Of a DNA stretch of 25,758 nucleotides, positions 19,606-25,758 are shown piece after piece. This DNA is from Nocardioidaceae bacterium (GTDB taxonomy: Bacteria > Actinomycetota > Actinomycetes > Propionibacteriales > Nocardioidaceae). A program made the translations under genes and the position numbers. The stretch is from NCBI GenBank assembly GCA_013696065.1, contig JACCZJ010000141.1, forward strand, positions 1 through 25,758. Reading direction: 5' to 3'. The notes beneath the pieces were generated by a model that searched no databases, was not told where the DNA came from, and saw only the letters and a program-made list of their open reading frames with translations. Numbering within the stretch: position 1 is the first letter of the stretch; the number at the start of each line of letters is the position of its first letter.

Positions 19606-19800
19606 TCAGATGGGTTGGGTGTCTCGCATGAAGCTGCGCGCGGCCAAGAACTGCGTCAGGTTCTCTTCGTGGTCGGCGCAGGCTAGCCAGGTCTTACGTC
19701 GTTCTGGGGTGTGGATCTTGGGGTTGTTCCACAGCAGAGCCACCGTGGCTCGTTGCGTGCAGCCCTTCGCCGAACACATCGGCTCGTCTGAGTCGGTCAC
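19606..19800 (-). CDS. Small conserved actinobacterial Cys/His protein (putative Zn finger)
   Basis: 64 aa with CSAKGC...WNNPKIH...WLACADH, a pattern I recognise from small proteins next to DUF3099 in actinobacteria. Confidence 0.8.
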   Translation of the reverse strand: MTDSDEPMCSAKGCTQRATVALLWNNPKIHTPERRKTWLACADHEENLTQFLAARSFMRDTQPI

Positions 19801-19830
19801 GCGGAATGTGCGCTTTTTCGCGAGTTCACG

Positions 19831-20136
19831 TCAGGGAAGCGGACCAGTTGCGGGCTTAGGTCCTTCGATCTGCGGCTTCTGATCGGCGACATACGGGATG
19901 GGGCCGGTCGACCCGCGGTGATCGGTGGCGTTGGCGAGAACCACGGCGATATACGGCAAGATCACTGCTCCCGCGACGAAGAACCAACGCAGCGGCCCCG
20001 TGGTGACGATCGCAAGAACGAAGCAGATCGTGCGGACTCCCATCGACAGCAGATAACGGGTCTGACGTCGTCGGATGTCGACACTGCGCGCCGGTCGAAC
20101 CGATGTGATGGCGACAGGATTGTCTTGCTGGTTCAC
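19831..20136 (-). CDS. DUF3099 family membrane protein
   Basis: RRRQTRYLLSMGVRTICF...AVILPYIAVVLANA. GTG start behind a GAGGAG RBS. Confidence 0.9.
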   Translation of the reverse strand: MNQQDNPVAITSVRPARSVDIRRRQTRYLLSMGVRTICFVLAIVTTGPLRWFFVAGAVILPYIAVVLANATDHRGSTGPIPYVADQKPQIEGPKPATGPLP

Positions 20137-20268
20137 GGGAAATCTCCTCGCTTCCAGACTACGTCGCTGCGCGGGCGGGAACACGTCCGGTCGGTCCCAC
20201 CCTGCTCGAGGCAGCGCAACCGGTCATGATGGGTGCGCCAGCCCTCCAACCATGCATAAGGAGTTCGC

Positions 20269-20484
20269 ATGTCCAACCGCACCTATCGGGTCACCGAGAT
20301 CGTCGGCACGTCTCCCACCGGCATCGACGACGCCATCCGCAATGCCGTGCAGCGAGCCAGCCGCACCCTGCGTCATCTCGACTGGTTCGAGGTCACCCAG
20401 GTGAGAGGTCAAGTGGTCGACGATCAGGTAGAACACTTCCAGGTGGGCCTCAAAGTCGGCTTCAGGCTCGAAGACGACGAGTGA
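20269..20484 (+). CDS. Dodecin (flavin-binding dodecameric protein)
   Basis: TYRVTEIVGTS, AIRNAV, LRHLDWFEV, FQVGLKVGFRLE; 71 aa; AAGGAG RBS. Confidence 0.95.
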   Translation: MSNRTYRVTEIVGTSPTGIDDAIRNAVQRASRTLRHLDWFEVTQVRGQVVDDQVEHFQVGLKVGFRLEDDE

Positions 20485-20590
20485 TCGCAGCGACTCATGG
20501 CGTGACCCGTGAGAGCTGCCGAGTTTCGTGCCTCACACACCCACGCGGTAGCGTCAGGCGCCGTCCCGCGATGAAGATGAAGGAGAGTCA

Positions 20591-21295
20591 GTGAGCAGAT
20601 CGGTGCTGGTGACCGGTGGCAACCGCGGCATCGGGCGCGCGATCGCGCAGGCCTTCGTCGACGCGGGTGACCAGGTCGCCATCACCTACCGCTCGGGGGA
20701 GCCGCCGGCTGGGTTCCTCGCAGTCAGGTGCGACGTCACCAACCCCGACGAGGTCGATGCCGCGTTCACTGAGATCGAGGCAGAACACGGACCGGTCGAG
20801 GTGTTGGTCGCCAACGCCGGCATCACGCGCGACACGCTGCTCCTGCGTATGTCGGAGGAGGACTGGTCCACGGTGCTGGACACGAACCTGACGGGGTCCT
20901 TCCGGGTGGCGAAGCGGGCCGCGAAGGGCATGCTGCGGCTCAAGCGGGGCCGCATCGTGTTGATCTCGTCGGTGGTGGGGCTGCTCGGCTCTGCCGGCCA
21001 GGTCAACTACGGCGCCAGCAAAGCCGGACTGGTGGGCATGGCACGTTCCATGGCGCGCGAGCTCGGCAGCCGCTCCATCACCACCAATGTCGTGGCGCCC
21101 GGCTTCGTCGAGACCGAGATGACCACCGAGTTGCCCGACGACAAGAAGGCCGACTATCTCAAGGCCATCCCCCTCGGGAGGTTCACCACCAGCGACGAGG
21201 TCGCGGCGGTGGTGCGCTGGCTGGCATCGGACGAAGCGGCGTACATCACCGGCGCCGTGATCCCGGTCGATGGCGGACTCGGCATGGGCCACTAA
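20591..21295 (+). CDS. fabG: 3-oxoacyl-ACP reductase FabG (MabA-like)
   Basis: TGGNRGIG, ANAGITRD, catalytic YGASK, VAPGFVET. Directly upstream of fabI. Confidence 0.95.
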   Translation: MSRSVLVTGGNRGIGRAIAQAFVDAGDQVAITYRSGEPPAGFLAVRCDVTNPDEVDAAFTEIEAEHGPVEVLVANAGITRDTLLLRMSEEDWSTVLDTNLTGSFRVAKRAAKGMLRLKRGRIVLISSVVGLLGSAGQVNYGASKAGLVGMARSMARELGSRSITTNVVAPGFVETEMTTELPDDKKADYLKAIPLGRFTTSDEVAAVVRWLASDEAAYITGAVIPVDGGLGMGH

Positions 21296-21307
21296 CACTC
21301 ATTCGAC

Positions 21308-21331
21308 GACGACAAGACGACAAGACGACAA
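21308..21331 (+). repeat. Short tandem repeat (GACGACAA)x3 in the fabG-fabI spacer
   Basis: Three exact copies read directly, ending just before the AAGGG RBS of fabI. Confidence 0.9.
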
Positions 21332-21346
21332 GAAGGGTCACATCAG

Positions 21347-22117
21347 ATGGGAATCCTCGAGGGCAAGCGCATCCTGGTCGCCGGAGTCACGCTCGAGCAG
21401 TCGATCGGCTTTGCCACCGCGAAGGTCGCTCAGGAGCAGGGCGCCACCGTGCTCATCTCGAACTTCGGGCGGGCGCTCAGCATTACCAAGCGCATCGCCG
21501 GCAGGCTCCCCGAGAAGCCGCCGGTGCTCGAACTCGACGTGACCGACGACGACCATCTCGCGGATCTCGCCGACCAGATCACCGAACATGTCGATGGTCT
21601 CGACGGAGTAGTCCACTCGATCGCCTATGGCAACCCGAAGACCATCTTGGGCGGCAAGTTCCTCGAGGGCCCGTGGTCCGATGTGGCACAGGCCGTGCAG
21701 GTATCGGCATACTCGCTGCCCTCGTTGGCCAAGGCCTGCCTGCCGGTGATGAAAGACGGCGGCAGCATCGTAGGTATGACGTTCGACGCCTCCGTGGCCT
21801 GGCCCGGCTACGACTGGATGGGGTTCGCCAAGGGCGCCCTGGAGTCAGGGAACCGCTATCTCGCCCGCTATCTCGCCCCGCACGGAATTCGCTCCAATCT
21901 CGTGAGCGCCGGCCCCCTCAAGACCATGGCGGCCAAGGCGATCCCCGGCTTCGAGCTGTTCGAGGGGGAGTTCGAGAAGCGGGCACCGCTGGGGTGGGAC
22001 ATGGACGATCTCGAACCCACCGCTCGCACCGTGGTTGGACTGCTGAGCGACTTCTTCCCCAAGACCACGGGTGAGATCGTGCACGTCGACGGCGGCTATC
22101 ACGCCATGGGCGCCTAA
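21347..22117 (+). CDS. fabI: Enoyl-ACP reductase FabI (InhA-like)
   Basis: GKRILVAGV, SIGF, DGVVHSIA, catalytic YDWMGFAK, SAGPLKT, VDGG. Confidence 0.95.
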   Translation: MGILEGKRILVAGVTLEQSIGFATAKVAQEQGATVLISNFGRALSITKRIAGRLPEKPPVLELDVTDDDHLADLADQITEHVDGLDGVVHSIAYGNPKTILGGKFLEGPWSDVAQAVQVSAYSLPSLAKACLPVMKDGGSIVGMTFDASVAWPGYDWMGFAKGALESGNRYLARYLAPHGIRSNLVSAGPLKTMAAKAIPGFELFEGEFEKRAPLGWDMDDLEPTARTVVGLLSDFFPKTTGEIVHVDGGYHAMGA

Positions 22118-22139
22118 GGACGGGGCTATCTGCCGCAAC

Positions 22140-23339
22140 CTAAGACGTACCCGCCGCCGCGGCGTCGGCCGCCTCGATCTCCTCACGGGTGATTCCCAGC
22201 AGATACAGGATCGCGTCGAGATAGGGAACGTTCAGCGCCGTGTGGGCCGCGTCTCTCACCACAGGTTTGGCGTTGAAAGCGATCCCCAGGCCGGCAACCG
22301 CGAGCATGTCCAGGTCGTTGGCGCCGTCCCCGACCGCGATGGTCCGGTCCAGGGGGATCTTGGAGTCGGCCGCAAACTGCTGCAGTGCCTGGGCCTTGCC
22401 GGCGCGGTCGACCACGGGGCCCACGATCTTGCCGGTGAGCCGGCCTTCGACAATCTCCAACTCGTTGGCTCGTGAGTAGTCGATTTCCAGGTCTCGTACC
22501 CACCTATCGGTGAGCTGGCTGAATCCGCCACTGACGATTGCCAGCCGGTAGCCCAGCCGCTTGAGGGTGCGCACCAGGGTCCTCGCTCCGGGTGCAAGCT
22601 CCATCGCTTCGTAGACGGCATCGAGGGCGGTGGCGTCGAGCCCAGCGAGCAGCCTGACCCGCTCGCGCACCGAGGCCTCAAAGCGCAGCTCGCCGCGCAT
22701 CGCGCGTTCTGTGATGACGGCGACCTCCTGACCTACCCCGGCGTGCTCTGCGAGCATGTCGACCACCTCACCCTGCACGAGAGTCGAGTCGACATCGAGC
22801 ACCAGCAACCTGCGGCCGTGTCGCACCAACCCTGCGCGCTGCACCGCCACGTCGACGTGCTGACGGACTGCCTCCTGGGCGAGCATTGTCCGCAGCCTGG
22901 CGAAGTCGGCTCCGGAGATCTGGAATTCGATCGCCGTCACCGGGTAGCGCGCCATCCGAACGATCCGGTCGATGTTGGCGCCGGTGTCTGCTATCCGCCC
23001 GGTGACTGCCGAGACGGCCGCGGGCGGGAGGGGCCGCCCCAACACAGTCACCAGGGCGCGCCCTTCCTTTCGGCGCTCGTTGTCACCCTCGCCTCGCGCC
23101 ACCTCGACATCCAAGTCCAGATCCGCGACCGTGGACTCGACGGCGTCCGCGAGCTTCGCGATGTCGCGCGGGGCGGTGATCAAGATTCCCAAGATCAACC
23201 GCTCCCGCAACACGATCTGTTCCATGTCTACGACTGACACCGCAAAGCGCGCCAGGGTTTCGAATATGGCTGCCGTGACTCCCGGCCTGTCCTTGCCGGT
23301 CACGGTGATCAGCACTGTGGGGTTTTGTTCTTGGTTCAT
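22140..23339 (-). CDS. serB: Phosphoserine phosphatase SerB with two ACT domains
   Basis: ACT motifs GKDRPGV and ANIDRI; HAD motifs DVDST, SGGF, K, GDGANDL. Confidence 0.96.
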   Translation of the reverse strand: MNQEQNPTVLITVTGKDRPGVTAAIFETLARFAVSVVDMEQIVLRERLILGILITAPRDIAKLADAVESTVADLDLDVEVARGEGDNERRKEGRALVTVLGRPLPPAAVSAVTGRIADTGANIDRIVRMARYPVTAIEFQISGADFARLRTMLAQEAVRQHVDVAVQRAGLVRHGRRLLVLDVDSTLVQGEVVDMLAEHAGVGQEVAVITERAMRGELRFEASVRERVRLLAGLDATALDAVYEAMELAPGARTLVRTLKRLGYRLAIVSGGFSQLTDRWVRDLEIDYSRANELEIVEGRLTGKIVGPVVDRAGKAQALQQFAADSKIPLDRTIAVGDGANDLDMLAVAGLGIAFNAKPVVRDAAHTALNVPYLDAILYLLGITREEIEAADAAAAGTS

Positions 23340-23351
23340 TGAGAAGCCACG

Positions 23352-24080
23352 CTAGCGACCGTCGAGCGAGGAGCAGGCCGCCACTATCGCGGCATGAGAC
23401 GCCCGTTCGAGTGGTCGCAGTGCCTGACTGCGTGCAGACATCTCATTGCTCGTGGCGGCGCCACCGTGATCACGCAAGGCCAGTTGCACGATCGCGTTGC
23501 AGCGCAGGGCGCTGATCGTCATACGGGTAGCTGCTGGCGACGGCAATGCCATCGGACTGTCGAGCTGCCCAGCGACCCGCAGGTTCATCACCGCATCGGC
23601 AGCCTCCGGACTCCATGACGCGACGTCGAGTTCAGCCAACCGTTCGGCGGTGTCCAGCAGAGCGCCCCGTAAATCTCGGTCGGCCTGTTGCATGTCGGGC
23701 AGGTATGGCGGAGGGGTGGCAGGTGCGCCGACCCACGACGTCACGCTGCCTCGACGAGCCGGCACAAAGCCTGTGCCAGGACCGTGGAGGACGATGGCAG
23801 CGCCTGCCTCGAGTGCGGCTGCGTTGAACTCGCTGGGTCCCCCGAGGCCGAGAGGGTTGCCCGGTCTGGGCAATGCCAGGCTGACCCGGCTCACACGGAG
23901 GCGCCGCAGCTCTCCGAGCAGGAGCGCCACCGATAGACACTCGCGAGTCCCCACACTGATGAACTCAACGCGACGATCTCCCCAGGACACGGCGTCGATG
24001 ACGTGATCGGTCGACTCGTGTCCAGCGAGCCACGCGTTGAGCCAGCAGGAAATGCGTCCAGCATCAGGGACAACCAACAC
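23352..24080 (-). CDS. Conserved actinobacterial hypothetical protein, probably co-transcribed with serB
   Basis: 242-aa ORF with GTG start 6 nt after a TAGGCT -10 and only 12 nt before serB. LALPRPGNPLGLGGP...FNAAALEAG is a pattern I recall from actinobacterial proteins beside serB. Confidence 0.8.
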   Translation of the reverse strand: MLVVPDAGRISCWLNAWLAGHESTDHVIDAVSWGDRRVEFISVGTRECLSVALLLGELRRLRVSRVSLALPRPGNPLGLGGPSEFNAAALEAGAAIVLHGPGTGFVPARRGSVTSWVGAPATPPPYLPDMQQADRDLRGALLDTAERLAELDVASWSPEAADAVMNLRVAGQLDSPMALPSPAATRMTISALRCNAIVQLALRDHGGAATSNEMSARSQALRPLERASHAAIVAACSSLDGR

Positions 24081-24164
24081 GGCAAGAGCCTACGAGGCTC
24101 TCGCCGACATGGCTGGTGCAATAGGTTTGGAGCGAACATCCCCCGAAGTCAGCGAGGAGTGCCC

Positions 24165-24968
24165 ATGCCCGAGACGGTGGTAGAGCTGGCTGGCGTTTCG
24201 GTCGTCCGCGGCGGGAGCCGGCTCTTGAAATCCGTCTCGTGGGAAGTCAGGGCGGACGAGCGTTGGGTCGTCCTCGGACCCAACGGAGCCGGCAAGACGA
24301 CCTTGCTGCAGATTCTGAGTGCCCACCTGTATCCGACGGAGGGCGTTGTCGGATTGCTCGGTGAGGTCGTGGGCACGGTCGACGTGTTCGAACTGCGCCC
24401 GCGCATCGGCCTGACGAGCAGCGCGCTGGCCGACCGCATCCCACCGGCAGAAAAGGTCAAGGATGTCGTCGTCTCCGCGTCATATGCCGTGTTTGGTCGT
24501 TGGCGTGAGATGTATGACGACCTGGACCACACGCGAGCCGCATCTTTGCTGTCCGAGCTGGGAGTCGCTCATCTCGCGAGCAGAACGTTCGGCACCTTGA
24601 GTGAGGGCGAGCGCAAACGCGTGCAGATCGCGCGGAGCCTGATGACCGATCCCGAGCTCTTGCTGCTGGACGAGCCGGCCGCAGGTTTGGACCTTGGTGG
24701 GCGAGAGGATCTGGTCAGCACCTTGTCGGTGCTCGCCGCCGACGCGGCCTCGCCCGCCACCGTCTTGGTGAGCCATCACGTCGAGGAGATACCGCCCGGA
24801 TTCACTCATGTGTTGCTGATGCGAGGCGGCGAGATCGTTGCCGCTGGACCACTGCGAAGCGCGCTGACTGAGGCCGCGCTGTCGCAGACCTTCGGGATGG
24901 GCCTGGAGCTCACTGAGACTGACGGACGTTTCAGCGCGCGTCGCAGGTCGAGCGCGCACCGCCGCTGA
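24165..24968 (+). CDS. Orphan ABC ATP-binding protein (ModF-like subfamily)
   Basis: GPNGAGKTT, variant signature LSEGE, LLLLDEP, SHHVEEIPPG. GAGGAG RBS before ATG 24165. Confidence 0.93.
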   Translation: MPETVVELAGVSVVRGGSRLLKSVSWEVRADERWVVLGPNGAGKTTLLQILSAHLYPTEGVVGLLGEVVGTVDVFELRPRIGLTSSALADRIPPAEKVKDVVVSASYAVFGRWREMYDDLDHTRAASLLSELGVAHLASRTFGTLSEGERKRVQIARSLMTDPELLLLDEPAAGLDLGGREDLVSTLSVLAADAASPATVLVSHHVEEIPPGFTHVLLMRGGEIVAAGPLRSALTEAALSQTFGMGLELTETDGRFSARRRSSAHRR

Positions 24969-24999
24969 TTCGTGGGTGCTGTCGGATAGTGTCGACCGT

Positions 25000-25446
25000 A
25001 TGGAATGGCTGCAATCGCACGCTTGGCAAACCTGGCTGATTGCGGCTCTCCTGCTGGCTGGCGCCGAGATGGCCACGATGGACTTTGCGCTGCTCATGTT
25101 GGCCGTCGGGGCGGGCGCCGGTTGTCTGATGGCTTTGCTGGGCCTGCCTGTCGTCGCTCAAGTGCTCATCGCCGTCGCTGTCTCAGTCGCCCTAATCGCG
25201 TTCGTGCGTCCGACTATCGTGCGCCGGCTGCACGCTGGGCCAACGTTGCAGAACGGACCAGAGGCGCTCGTTGGCAAGAGCGGCCTGGTGCTCGAACGGG
25301 TGACGGCCCACACCGGCAGGGTCAAGCTCAGTGGCGAGGTTTGGTCAGCGCGGGCCCTGGAGGAATCTCACGTGATCGAGCCGGGCAGCAAGGTGGCGGT
25401 CTCGCAGATCGACGGCGCCACCGCTGTCGTCTATCCGATTCCATAG
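25000..25446 (+). CDS. Short NfeD-family membrane protein
   Basis: TM N-terminus (WLIAALLLAGAEM), OB-fold C-terminus (GRVKLSGEVWSAR...GATAVV), directly upstream of an SPFH gene. ATG 25000 lies 7 nt after TAGTGT. Confidence 0.92.
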   Translation: MEWLQSHAWQTWLIAALLLAGAEMATMDFALLMLAVGAGAGCLMALLGLPVVAQVLIAVAVSVALIAFVRPTIVRRLHAGPTLQNGPEALVGKSGLVLERVTAHTGRVKLSGEVWSARALEESHVIEPGSKVAVSQIDGATAVVYPIP

Positions 25447-25511
25447 CAAGTTCACATCGGTCTCGGCAAACCAGCGCACATCCACCAGATCAGCGACAGG
25501 GGAGTCAACAG

Positions 25512-25758
25512 ATGTTCGTGTGGATCACACTAGGGATCATCGTCATACTGGCGATCGTCGTGCTGCTCAAGGCGGTACGCATCGTTCCGCAGGCGTATGC
25601 GGGGATCGTGGAGAGGTTCGGCAAATACCGGATCACGTTGACCGCGGGGCTGAACATCGTGACCCCGTTTGTCGACCGGGTCCGATACCAGATCGACCTC
25701 CGCGAGCAGGTGGTGTCGTTCCCGCCGCAGCCGGTCATCACCGAGGACAACCTGGTGG
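25512..25758 (+). CDS. SPFH/band-7 (stomatin-like) protein, truncated by window edge
   Basis: Manual translation MFVWITLGIIVILAIVVLLKAVRIVPQ...IVERFGKY...IDLREQVVSFPPQPVITEDNLV; AGGGGAG RBS. Confidence 0.94.
   Translation, partial: MFVWITLGIIVILAIVVLLKAVRIVPQAYAGIVERFGKYRITLTAGLNIVTPFVDRVRYQIDLREQVVSFPPQPVITEDNLV

Noticed and set aside
20588-21298. 236-aa antisense ORF mirroring fabG
   Set aside because: Shadow ORF from high-GC codon bias, common opposite SDR genes; no RBS or family motif.

Overview
A high-GC (~66%) actinobacterial chromosomal segment, most like Propionibacteriales/Nocardioidaceae (inferred from GC content, gene order and leaderless promoters). It is mostly conserved core genes. 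In order: a leftward operon (ABC ATPase, ABC-2 permease, heme A synthase-like COX15/CtaA, DUF1028), the complete sufR-sufB-sufD-Rieske fdx-sufC-sufS-sufU-sufT Fe-S assembly operon, acVLRF1, a YpfJ-type zinc peptidase, an ABC-F ATPase, an ABC exporter, an SDR, a CHRD protein, SURF1, moaA, a small Cys/His protein, DUF3099, dodecin, fabG-fabI, serB, a hypothetical protein, an orphan ABC ATPase and nfeD-SPFH. I see no rRNA, tRNA, CRISPR array, transposase or integrase. The most unusual signals are non-coding. (1) A 198-nt, heavily structured insert splits sufB from sufD in an otherwise tightly coupled operon. (2) A 22-nt periodic direct/inverted repeat array supplies the acVLRF1 stop codon. (3) The ABC/sufR divergent promoter carries an 11-bp perfect inverted repeat, an IdeR/DtxR-like box and a SufR operator-like repeat. 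(4) An ~840-nt gene-free gap before moaA holds broken membrane-protein-like ORFs. Among coding signals, the uncharacterised release-factor homologue acVLRF1 next to suf and an ABC-F is the best lead for new biology. I found no clear-cut novel multi-gene system; the leads below are hypotheses.
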